This document shows, piece by piece, positions 1-10,800 of a stretch of 64,000 nt of DNA. The notes beneath the pieces were generated by a model. The model did not search any database, had not been told where the DNA came from, and saw only the letters and a program-made list of their open reading frames with translations. Within the stretch, counting starts at the first letter, position 1. Every line of letters begins with the position of its first letter. The DNA is from Cenarchaeum sp. (GTDB taxonomy: Archaea; Thermoproteota; Nitrososphaeria; Nitrososphaerales; Nitrosopumilaceae): the NCBI GenBank assembly GCA_965242695.1, contig CBDESU010000001.1, forward strand, positions 96,001 to 160,000, written 5' to 3'. The position numbers and the translations under genes are program-made.

Positions 1-2
1 AC

Positions 3-3000
3 AGCGCGGACCGCCTGGTCTACGCGGGCCCAGGCGCGCTGGTGACGCGCGGCGCCGTGACGGACACGATCGGGATGGGACTCCCGGCGGCAAGGTATCC
101 CGTGCCCGGCTACGTCGTCGAGGGGCTGATCGACGCCGGGCGGCAGCATCTTTCGCAGTATGGCGCGCAGAGCCCGCCGCGGATCGAACCGAGCCTGCGG
201 GGCGCCGTCCCGGCCGCCGACCTGGAGCTCCCTGCGACGGACAGTGCGGAGCAGCTCGGCCCCGCGCAGCGCATCGCAGTCGACTCGTCGGGCATCGCGT
301 ACGTCACCGGCGTCTCCTCGCCCAACGCAAGCGGCCCGTACGCCCGGGGCGCCGTCATCGACGTACACGTCCGGTTCTCCGTCCCGGTCGACGTGGCGGG
401 CGCGCCGCGGCTGGCGCTGGCGACCGAGCCGGCGCGGTACGCGGCGTACGACTCGGGCAGCGGCACAGATGTGCTGACGTTCCGGTACGAGGTGGAGCAG
501 GGCGACAATGCGGCCGACCTGGAATACGAGGACGGGGCGGCCCTGTCGCTGCACGGCATCGCCGCGTACATCCGCGACAGCTCCCACGGCACGGATGCCG
601 TCCTGGGGCTTCCACCGCCCGGCAGGGACGGCTCGCTCGGCCGCTCGAACAACATCACGATCGACACCGCGGGGCCGCTCGTCGAGCGCATCACGTCGCC
701 GACCGCCGACGCCGTATACGGCACGGGCCGCATCGTCGACATTGCCGTGCACTTTGACGAGCGGGCCGAGGTGGAGGGGGTTCCGCTGCTGGGCCTGGCG
801 ACCGAGCCGCGGCAGCGCAGCGCCGCGTACGGCTCGGGCGGCGGCACGAACGTACTGTCGTTCCAGTACGCGGTGCAGCCGGGCGACGAGGCCCCCGACC
901 TGGACCACGCCGGAGCGGATGCCCTGGTCCTCGGAGGCGGCGGCGGCGCGGCGATCACGGACGGGGCGGGCAACGCCGCAAACTCGTCCCTGCCGGGCCG
1001 TGGGTCGCCGGGGTCGCTGGCCTCTTCCAAGGACATTGCGATACGCGGCGCCCCCCTGCCCGTGCTTGCGGCCGCCGGCAGCGCCGCTGCCACCTCGCTC
1101 GACTTCGCCGGCGCGCGCTACCCTGCGGTCTTCGAGGCGGAAGGCCGCACGTACGCGGTCGTGACCTCGTTCAGCCAGGGCACCGCCCTGCTGGCGCGGG
1201 TGCACGAGAACGGCACGCTCGAGGCGGCCCACAATGTGACCAACAACGGCATGGACCTCCGGCTGGCCGGCGCCGTCGGCGTCGACGCCTTCGGGATCGG
1301 CAACCGAACGTTCGCCATCGTCGCCGCGCTCAGCGGCAACGGCGTCCAGCTGCTGGAGGTGCACCCGGGCAACGAGTCGCTCACGCCGGTCGACGACGTC
1401 GCCGGCGACAACAGCGACTCAAACTCGCTCGAGCTCCTCGGCGCGTACGGCGTCGACGCCTTCGGGATCGGCAACCGAACGTTCGCCCTCGTCGGCTCGA
1501 TCTGGGACGACGGCGTCCAGCTGCTGGAGGTGCACGCCGGCAACAACACGCTCAGGCCGGCCGACCGGCTGGACAAGAACGACGGCGGCGGCCTGGGGCT
1601 GGACGGAGCCGCCGCCGTCGCCGCCTTTGAGATCGGCGATCGCACGTACGCCGCCGTCGCCTCGCGCGACTCCAACGCCGTCCAGGTGGTGCGGATCCAC
1701 GGCAACGGCACGCTCGAGGCGAGCCCCGACCACCAGATCGCCGACACGGACTCGCTGGCGCTGGCATCCCCCCTGGCGATCGACGTCCTCGAGATCGGCG
1801 GCGGCACGTACGCCATCGTCGCCGCGCGCGGCGGCGACAACGGCGTCCAGCTGGTGCGGATCCGCGGGGACGGCACGCCGGAGGCGAGCCCCGGCAGCCG
1901 GCTCGTCGACACCGACGAGCTGAGGCTGACCAACCCGCACGGCGTCGCCGCCTTTGAAATGGGCAACCTGGCGTTCGCGGTCGTCGCCGCCAACGGCGAC
2001 GACGACGGCGTCCAGCTGGTGCGGATCCGCGGGGACGGCACGCCGTTCCCTGCCGGCTCGGCTACCGACGGCGCCGACTTTCCCGCACTCAAGGACGCCT
2101 ACGGCATCTCCGTGTTCGGCATGGGAAACCGCACGTATGCAATGGTGACCTCTGCCGACGGCAGCGGCGGCGGCGACGTCCAGCTGATCAGGCTCTCGCC
2201 CGTGTCCGTGGCAAACGTCTCGTCGACGCTGGGGGACGACGAGTACGGAGCGGGCCAGCAGATCGACATCGCCGTAGGGTTCGACGCGCCGGTGTCCGTC
2301 ACCGATCCTCCCCCCTCCCTACTGCTCGACCTTGGCGGGCGCGGCGGGGCCGCCGAGTACCTGTCCGGCAGCGGGACGGACTCGCTCGTGTTCAACTACA
2401 CGGTGCGCCCGGGCGACAACGCGGGCGGCGGCCTGGACTACGCGGGGCCTGGCGCCCTGGTGACGCGCGGCGTCATTAGGGAGAACGGCTCGTCTGCGAG
2501 CACCGCCGCTGCCGTCGACCTCGAGCTGCCCGCTCCGGGAGAGCGGGGATCGCTCGGGCACGGGCGGAGCATAACCATAGACACGCCGCCCGTCGCCGTG
2601 TCTGTCCGCTCGCCGGACTCTCCCGGCGCGTACTCTGCCGGATCTGCGATCAACATCACCGTGGCCTTTACCGAGGCGGTGACCGTGACGGGCGCCCCGC
2701 TTCTCTGGCTCTCGACCGACCCGCCCCGGAGCGCCGAGTACGTGGCCGGCATCGGCGGCGATTCCGAGATCGCGTTCCTCTATACGGTGCAGCCGGGCGA
2801 CGGCGCCGACCGCCTGGGCCACGCAAACCGCAGCGCACTGGACCTCAACGGCGGGACGGTCAGGGACGCGGACGGCGACGACGACGCCGTCCTCGGGCTG
2901 CCTCCGCCAGACGGGCGGGGGCTGCTCGGCGCCTCGGGCGCCATCCGGATCGACACCGTCGAGCCGCGCGTGATCCGCGTCGCGGAGGCCGAGCCAAAGG

Positions 3001-3638
3001 GCTCGGCGTACGGGGCGGGCGACACGGTCAGGATCGCGGCAATCCTTGACGAGCGCGTGGTGCTCTCCGGCGGCTCGCCCTCCCCGTCGCTGCTGCTCGC
3101 ACTTGACGGGGGCACTGACGCGACGGCCCGGTACGAGCGGCAGGTTGACGCGGGCGGGAGGACGACGCTCGTCTTTGCATACGAGGTGCGGGGCGGCGAC
3201 AGCGCGGATCCCCTCGGCTACGACGACACGGCGGCCCTGTCCGCGGGCGGGACGGCCATATTGGACATGGCCGGCAACGCCGCAAGGCTGAAGCTGCCGC
3301 CTGTAGACTCTCCCAACTCGCTGCATGCCTCGGGCATTACAATAGACGCCAGCGGCACGGACCCGGGCACGGACCCGGGCACGGACCCGGGCACGGACCC
3401 GGGCACGGACCCGGGCACGGACCCGGGCACGGACCCGGGCACGGACCCGGGCACGGACCCGGGCACGGACCCGGGCACGGACCCGGGCACGGACCCGGGC
3501 ACGGACCCGGGCACGGACCCGGGCACGGACCCGGGCACGGACCCGGGCACGGACCCGCAGCCCCGGCGGGAGCACCAACGGCACGGACGCTGGCGGCGGC
3601 GAAGGCAATGCCACACGGGCAGTCACTGTCGACGTTAG
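3..3638 (+). CDS. Giant surface protein A, 5'-partial (Ig-like repeats, 7-blade beta-propeller, DPGT stalk); continues after a frameshift at ~3560
   Basis: Frame open from the window edge (SADRLVYAGPGALVTR). ~115-aa repeats with F.EPV.V.G.P.L.L / Y.VQPGD / D.AGN. Seven ~50-aa blades (GVDAF..GNRTYA.V...GVQL.R.H.NGTL). Many NxS/T sequons. Confidence 0.85.
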   Translation, partial: SADRLVYAGPGALVTRGAVTDTIGMGLPAARYPVPGYVVEGLIDAGRQHLSQYGAQSPPRIEPSLRGAVPAADLELPATDSAEQLGPAQRIAVDSSGIAYVTGVSSPNASGPYARGAVIDVHVRFSVPVDVAGAPRLALATEPARYAAYDSGSGTDVLTFRYEVEQGDNAADLEYEDGAALSLHGIAAYIRDSSHGTDAVLGLPPPGRDGSLGRSNNITIDTAGPLVERITSPTADAVYGTGRIVDIAVHFDERAEVEGVPLLGLATEPRQRSAAYGSGGGTNVLSFQYAVQPGDEAPDLDHAGADALVLGGGGGAAITDGAGNAANSSLPGRGSPGSLASSKDIAIRGAPLPVLAAAGSAAATSLDFAGARYPAVFEAEGRTYAVVTSFSQGTALLARVHENGTLEAAHNVTNNGMDLRLAGAVGVDAFGIGNRTFAIVAALSGNGVQLLEVHPGNESLTPVDDVAGDNSDSNSLELLGAYGVDAFGIGNRTFALVGSIWDDGVQLLEVHAGNNTLRPADRLDKNDGGGLGLDGAAAVAAFEIGDRTYAAVASRDSNAVQVVRIHGNGTLEASPDHQIADTDSLALASPLAIDVLEIGGGTYAIVAARGGDNGVQLVRIRGDGTPEASPGSRLVDTDELRLTNPHGVAAFEMGNLAFAVVAANGDDDGVQLVRIRGDGTPFPAGSATDGADFPALKDAYGISVFGMGNRTYAMVTSADGSGGGDVQLIRLSPVSVANVSSTLGDDEYGAGQQIDIAVGFDAPVSVTDPPPSLLLDLGGRGGAAEYLSGSGTDSLVFNYTVRPGDNAGGGLDYAGPGALVTRGVIRENGSSASTAAAVDLELPAPGERGSLGHGRSITIDTPPVAVSVRSPDSPGAYSAGSAINITVAFTEAVTVTGAPLLWLSTDPPRSAEYVAGIGGDSEIAFLYTVQPGDGADRLGHANRSALDLNGGTVRDADGDDDAVLGLPPPDGRGLLGASGAIRIDTVEPRVIRVAEAEPKGSAYGAGDTVRIAAILDERVVLSGGSPSPSLLLALDGGTDATARYERQVDAGGRTTLVFAYEVRGGDSADPLGYDDTAALSAGGTAILDMAGNAARLKLPPVDSPNSLHASGITIDASGTDPGTDPGTDPGTDPGTDPGTDPGTDPGTDPGTDPGTDPGTDPGTDPGTDPGTDPGTDPGTDPGTDPQPRREHQRHGRWRRRRQCHTGSHCRR
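3354..3557 (+). repeat. Perfect 12-bp tandem repeat GGCACGGACCCG x17 encoding (GTDP)n
   Basis: Counted directly: 204 bp / 12. Confidence 0.95.
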
Positions 3639-4641
3639 GCCGGGCGGGATTGCCGGCCAGGGCAACCTTACCGGCAGGGGCGACGAGGTGCGCATTACGA
3701 TCGACGTGTCGGGCCTGCCGGGCGCCGGCACGGCAGGCGGAACCGTCCGGTTCCCGCCAGGCGGCGTTGCCGTGACGGCGTCGTTCGCATCCGTCTCGTT
3801 CCCGCCGGGCGTGAATGCAACGTCCGTGCCGGCCAGCGGCCGGCTCGCACTGCATGTCGTCGCCTCGTCCGACGGCCTGCCGTCCAACTCGAGCATCCGT
3901 GACGCGCTTGCATACGACGGATCGGGCGCGGTCGCACTGCAGAGGGTCGTCGAGGTCGGAGACGAGGGCGACCGCATCGCATTTGATGCGCCCGTCCGCG
4001 TATCTCTCGACGGACAGGCCGGCGGCCGCGCGTTCTACATCGCCGGCGGCGCCGGCGGGGCGATCGAGCCGATCGACATGGCATGCGCGGCCGACGACAC
4101 GGAGAGGGTCCACCGCCAGCTCGACGGCGTGGGCGAGTGCCGGCTCGACTCGGCCGGCGACATGGTCATCTACACGTACCACCTGACGCGGTTCGGCACC
4201 GTCGTCTCTGAGCGCGGCACGCCGCCGCCCGTAGAGTACACGTGCTCGGTGCGCCTCGGCTCGACCGACCTGGCCGTGGGCGTGATTCCGGGCGGCTATT
4301 CAAAGGCGGTCGGGCAGGCCGTGGTCAATTCCGGCTCGCAGCCGTTTGACCGCGTCGGACTCGATGCCACCCCGTGGTACATCGACCCGTCCTCGGGGCG
4401 GCAGGGGCCGGCCGCCAAGCCGCTGCCTGCCTCGCTTACCGTGGTGGGCACGGGCGGGCCGGGCGGGGAGTTTGCCGCGCTGCCGGCCGGCGGCGCCGCG
4501 GTCGCGCGCGACCTTGCCGGCGGCCTAGAGGCGCCGATATGGCTCAAGATCAACCTGACGGGGCACGACCAGGTAAATGCCACCAAGCTCGTCCAGAAAG
4601 TCACGTACACCGCAGAGTGCGGCGGCCCGCCGGGGCAGTAG
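3562..4641 (+). CDS. C-terminal module of surface protein A (HLTRF domain plus terminal Cys-bounded domain)
   Basis: Frame of ORF 3688..4641 is open from before 3562 (PGGSTNGTD...). Removing one C of CCCC at 3561-3564 joins it to the upstream ORF. Homologous to C-termini ending at 48163, 54272 and 63111. Confidence 0.85.
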   Translation, partial: PGGSTNGTDAGGGEGNATRAVTVDVRPGGIAGQGNLTGRGDEVRITIDVSGLPGAGTAGGTVRFPPGGVAVTASFASVSFPPGVNATSVPASGRLALHVVASSDGLPSNSSIRDALAYDGSGAVALQRVVEVGDEGDRIAFDAPVRVSLDGQAGGRAFYIAGGAGGAIEPIDMACAADDTERVHRQLDGVGECRLDSAGDMVIYTYHLTRFGTVVSERGTPPPVEYTCSVRLGSTDLAVGVIPGGYSKAVGQAVVNSGSQPFDRVGLDATPWYIDPSSGRQGPAAKPLPASLTVVGTGGPGGEFAALPAGGAAVARDLAGGLEAPIWLKINLTGHDQVNATKLVQKVTYTAECGGPPGQ

Positions 4642-4869
4642 CTGGCGCCGCCGGCCGCGTGGACGGACGGCTGCGCCTCGCCGCGGAGCCGGCAGTGCGC
4701 AGCCGGGCCTGGCCGGCGGGCATGCATCCCTCCGCCGCATCCGCTCGCCGGATGCCTCGGACAGGCCAAAAGCCGCCGGCCGCGGGGGGCGGGAAGGGGC
4801 GGGATGTGATGCGGCCCTTGGGATCTGCAAACCTGCAACGCCTGACCCAATGGTTATATTGCGCACAGA

Positions 4870-7800
4870 TTGGCGCGCGGCGTTGGGGTGCGCGGTGCAG
4901 GCTCGACATGTGTGGGTGTCCACGGCCGTCGGTGGTGGCCCATGCTGAACCGCTCAGCCCGCACGGGGCACAGTGCGGGGGCGATCGCCGCATTTGCGAT
5001 CGCAGCGGTTGCGATCGCCGGGCTTGCCGCCGCGCCGCCCGCCGACGTCGCCCCGTGGTCGGCCCATGCGCAGTCGTCTGCTACGGTAAAGGTCGGGGCC
5101 CTCGTGGCCAACGCCACCGGCTCCGACTTTAGGGACGACAACCGAACGGCGGTAATCGAGCGCGCGGTACGCCTGTTCAACGGCATGTACGACGACATTG
5201 ACCTGGACCTGAGCGTGACCGAGTTCGTGCGCAACGAGACGGTAAACCGCGAAGAGCCGCGAGCGCTGGCAGGCGCCTATGACAACGGCGCCGGCCCGTC
5301 GTTCTACATTGGGCCGACGACCAGCGAGGGGCTGACGCACATACTCGAGAACGACACGACGCAGGCGCTGCTTGACGGCGACGACGTGCTCTTGGTCACG
5401 CCGTCGTCCGAGGCGCCGCGGCTCGCAGACGTCGACAACATATTCAGGCTCGCCTTCAACGTGGCGCGGCAGGGCGACATGCTCGTCGACGAGATGAAGG
5501 CCGCCGAAATCAAGTCGTACATTGTGGTCGCGCGCAACGACACCTGGGGGCAGGACATCGCCGGCTACGTCGTCAAGAGGGCCGGGCAGGAGGGCCTGGA
5601 GAGCAAGGGGCGGTTCATGTTCGACATCAACAGGAGCGCCGCGCACTGGGAGCAGGTACGGGAGAGGGTCGAGTCGAGCGCGGGCAGCGTCCCCGCAGGC
5701 GAGGACCGGATCGGCGTCTTCTTCTTCGGGTACGACCGGGACTATTCGGACATGGCCGCGGCGGCCAACGGCTCGGACGCGATACGCGGCAACACCGCCT
5801 GGTTCGCCCCGTCGTCTACCGGCATCGGGGCCCCGTCGCGCATCTCCAACGACACTGCGCGCGACTTTTCTACGGACGTCGGGCTGACGGCCCTGAGCCA
5901 GGACATTGCGGACAGCGAAGCGAAGCGGGGCATCGACGAGTTCCTGTTCGGCGACGGGAGGAGCAGGAACGCCACGTTCTACGAGTACTCGGCGCACGAC
6001 TCTGTATTCGTGCTCGGACATGCCATGAGGATGGCCATAGCCGCCGGCGGGGATGCCGACAACGTGACGGCGGTCAAAAGGTACATGGCCGCCGCCGCAA
6101 TGAACTACACGGGCGCGGCGCTCGGAGACGGCCTGCTGCTCGACGGCAACGGCGATCTCCGCGCGCCCGACTCCTTTACCGTGCACACGCTTGATCGGTC
6201 GACGGGCGAGTGGTCCGACGGCCGCACAGTGGGCAGCACGGTCACCCTTGTAGGGGCCCTCTTGGCGATCAACAACACGGACTATGACGACGACGAAGCC
6301 CGGGATGCACTGCTCCAGGCAGCCGCCGAGTACAACAACGGCACCGACCGGAGGCCCCTGGTCAAGCTGATCACGTACGACATTACCGACCCGGCCGACC
6401 AGGGCGGATACGTCGCACTCGATGCACTCATGCGCGCCCACGACAACGGCGCCGGCCCGTCCGCCTACATCGGGCCTTCCCTGAGCTCGAACGTAGATGA
6501 GGTGCTAAACTACTCCAACGACAACGACATCCTCTTACTGAGCTACGGATCAGAGTCCGAGGACCTGTCGATCCCCGGCGACAACCTGTTCCGGACGGCC
6601 GTCAGCACCGACCGCCACGGCAAGTTCATGGCAGAGGTCATGAAGGATGCCGGCGTGCAGTCGGTCGTCACCGTAGTGTACGGCGACTCTTGGGGGCTGT
6701 CGTACAACGCGTCGATCGCCGCCGCGCTCGCCCCGAACGGCCTGAGCCAGGCCGGCTCGGTAAAGTTTGAGGAAAACAACACTGCATGGGGCCCCGTGCT
6801 GGATGTAATAGCCGCGGCCGTGGCCAAGGGCGGCATGGTGGGCGTGGCCTTTGTCGGCTTCGATATGGATCAGAACTCGCTTGCGGCAGCGGCGCTGGCC
6901 AACTCGACGGCCCGCTCGGTGCAGTGGTTCGTCAGCCCCACGGGATTCTACGAAATGGAGGGGGACGCGCTCGACTTTGCAAGGAACGTCAGCCTGACGG
7001 CGATCGTAAACGACGTGGAGGAGAGCGCGAGGATGTTGTCACTCGACGGCAGGGTGGCGGGGGACCTGGACTTTTATGACTATGCCGCCTACGACAGCCT
7101 GTTCATCCTGGGCAACACAATCGCCGCCGCCGTAGAGTCGGGCAAGGCGACGAACATCACTGCCGACGACCTACGGCCGCTCGTCCCCGCGCAGGCCGAC
7201 GCGTACGACGGCATACTCGGCGACATCGCGCTAAACGCCAACGGCGACCTCGGCTCGCCCGACAGGTTTGCCGTCTACAAGATCGACGGCACGTCGGGCA
7301 AGTGGATGAAGACGGATGCCGCAAAGTCGACGCCGGTAGTCCGCATAGGGGCCCTCTTGGCGATCGACAATGCGGACTACGCCGACAACAACGCCAGGGA
7401 TGTCCTGCGCCAGGCGTCGGCCGACTTCAACGCCGCCCCGGGCGATCGCCCGTTCTACGTGAGCCTGACGACGTACGACATTACAGACCCGACAAACTCG
7501 AGCGCATACGTAGCGCTAGGCGCGATGACGGACGCATACGACAACGGCAACGGCCCGTCGGCGTACATCGGGCCGTCCCTGAGCTCGAACGTAGAAAGGG
7601 TGCTGTCCTACGCGACCAGCAACGACATCCTCGTGCTAGGCTATGCATCCGAGTCCGAGTCGCTGTCGAAACCGGGCGACAACCTGTTCCGCACCGCGAT
7701 CAGCACCGCCCGGCACGGCCACTTTATGGCGCAGGTAATGGCAGACGCCGGCGTAGAGTCCGTCGTCACGGTAGTGCGCGACGACCCGTGGGGGCAGTCG

Positions 7801-10800
7801 ATGAGCGCATCGATCGGAGAGGCGCTAGCCCCGAACGGCCTGCGGCTGGCCGGCGCCGTAAAGTTCGCCCCTGCAACCACTGACTGGGCCTCGACGGTCG
7901 AAGAAATCGCCGCGGCGATCGGCGACAACTCCCAGGTTGGCGTGGCCTTTGTCGGCGTGAGGTCGGAGCAGGACGGCCTTGCGGCCGCCGCGTCGGGCAG
8001 CATGGCGGCCACCAGTGCTACATGGTTCGTGACGCCGAGCGGGTTCTACCGTGACATGTCCGAGGCGACCAGCAGCTTTGCAAGGGCCGTCGACATGACG
8101 GCCATCGTGCTCGACGTGGAGGACGGCGACAAAAAGTCGGCGCTCGACGGCAAGGTGGTAGGCGAGCTGAACTTTTACGACTATGCGGCCTACGACGGCC
8201 TGTTCATCCTTGGCAACTCTGCGGCGGCCGCATCGGGCGACACTGGCAGGGACGTCTCGGCCCTCAACGCGACCGACCTGCGTTCCGTAATACCGGCGCA
8301 GGCCGACCTGTACGAGGGCGTACTCGGCGACATTGCGCTCAACTCAAAGGGCGACCTGCGCTCGCCCGACAGGTTTGCGGTCTGGAAGGTGGACGGCACG
8401 ACCGGCATGTGGATGGACACGGGAGTCACAAAGTCGACGCCCGTAGTCGACGTCGGGGCCGTCGTCATACTGGAGAGCGACAGGTTTGACGACTCGCCGC
8501 GCCTTGCGGCAATGCACATCGCAGTCGACGACTACAACACGGCGGCCGAGGACGGCGGCGCGCTGTACCTGAACCTGCGCGTCGTGCAGACGAGCCTCTC
8601 GCCGGGCTCGGCCACGCCCACGTCGCCGGTCGCACACGAGGCCGTCATGGCCGCGAGCGGCGGCGAGGATGGCATGAGGTACTATGTCGGCCCGTCGACG
8701 AGCGGCAACTCGCAGCGCGTCCTAGAGTACGCCAATGCGAACAACCTGACTCTGATCAGCCCGTCGTCTACGGCGCCTTCGCTTGCCACCGAGGGCGATG
8801 CCCTGTTCCGCCTCGTCCCGAACGACTCGCAGCAGGGCAAGGTGCTCGCCGACATAGTTCACAACCAGCAGGGAGCGCTCCTTGCCGCCCTCATCGACCA
8901 GACCGGCCACGAGCACGTCGTCATGGTGGTCCGCAACGACACGTGGGGACAGGGCCTGGACGCCTCTACCTCTGGGCGCCTGGGCGTGCACGAAGTCGAC
9001 ATTACAAGGATCGTACACGAAGAGTCGGACGCCGACTGGTCAAAGACGGCGATGGATATCAGCGCCGAGATCAATCGGGTGCGCACGGCTACCCCGAACG
9101 ACCCGATCGCCGTCCTGCACATCGGCTTCCCGGGCGACTTTGTCTCGCTGGCAGCCCAGGCGCCCGACTATCCCGACATGAGGACGGTGCCCTGGTTCGG
9201 CACGGACGGGGTGGCAGGCACCGCGCCCCTGGTCACCAATGCGACGGCCCGCCAGTTTGCCGACGACGTAAACCTGACTGCGACAAAGTTCGACGTTATA
9301 GCCAACGAAAAGTTCGACAGGCTGACGGCCGCGCTCGAGTCGCGGGGAGTACAGGTCAGGACGACCTACGAGTACTCTGCATACGACAGCGTCTTCGTCC
9401 TGGGCCAAGCCATAGAGGCGGCGATGTCGGAAAGCGACTCTTACGGCCCGCTCGACGTCCGCTCGGCCGTGCGCGCCGCTGCTGCCGAGTACGAGGGCGT
9501 CCTGGGCGATATCGAGCTCAACCGCGCCGGCGACCTGCGCACCCCGAACAGCTATGCGGCTTGGACGGTAGAGGGCGATTCGTGGACAAAGGTCGAGACG
9601 CACCCGTCGACTCCGGTATTCGACGTCGGGGCCCTGCTCCTGCTCGACAACAACCCCGTGTGGACGGACGATCGCGAAAAGGCGGCCATGGATGTCGCCG
9701 TCGACGACTTCAACACGGACCACGAGCTCGTCGGCGACTTTTACCTCAACCTGGCGGTCCAGAGGATCAGCATCGCGCCGAACACGGACTCGCCCGACCC
9801 CGACGCGCTCGCCGGCCTGATGAGCGCGCACGCCAACGGCGCCGGCCCGTCGCTGTACATCGGCCCGTCGACTAGCGGCAACACCGGGCGCGTCCTGGAA
9901 TACGCAAACGCCAACGGCATCGTCCTGATCAGCCACTCTTCCACGGCGCCGTCGCTTGCCATGTGCGGCGACAACCTGTTCCGCATGGTCGCCCCCGACA
10001 GCCGCCAGGGGGGGATACTGGCCGACCTGATCGGCGCCGGCGGCGGCGGCGTGACGGACCTGGTAATGGCCGTGCGCGACGACACCTGGGGGCGCGGAGT
10101 GGATGGGACGACAGCGGAGGGGCTGGGAAACGGCACCTCTGTCACGCGCATCTCGTTCGCCGAGTCCGAGGGAGACTGGGCGGGAGTGGCCGCCAGGCTC
10201 GGCGCGGCCGTCGACAGCGCAAGCGCATCGGCTGCCGCAAAGCCGCAGGGCAAGGCGGCGGTCCTGTTCATCGGGTTTGCCGGCGACTTCAACTCGATCG
10301 CATCGCAGGGGTCTGCGGTGCCTTCCCTGTCGTCGGTGGACTGGTTCGGGCCCGACGGCGTCGGAAACAGCCCCGCCATCATTGCGAACTCTACGTCGGT
10401 TGCGTTTGCAAAGCAGGTCAACATAACGACCGTCATATTTACTGTCCGCGGCAACGCCGTCAACGAGCGCCTCGATCCGAGCGCCGTGTACGGCCCGTCT
10501 GCGTACGACTCTGTGCGCATCATGGGCGATGCGATAAAGGCCGCGTACGCCGGGTCCGGCTCGGTGCCGGCCGCCCTGGACGTAAAGGCCGAGATACCGC
10601 CTGCCGCGGCCGCCTACTCGGGGGCGCTCGGAAACGTCACGCTCGACGCCAACGGCGACCTGCTCTCCCCGTCGGCATACGGGGTGTACCGCATAGGGGC
10701 GGACGACACCTGGGATCTCGTACGCGTGCAGGATGCGCACGGGGATGCGGGCACCTGCGAGGCCCGATACATTACGATCGGCGAGCTGTTCACGGCGGCG

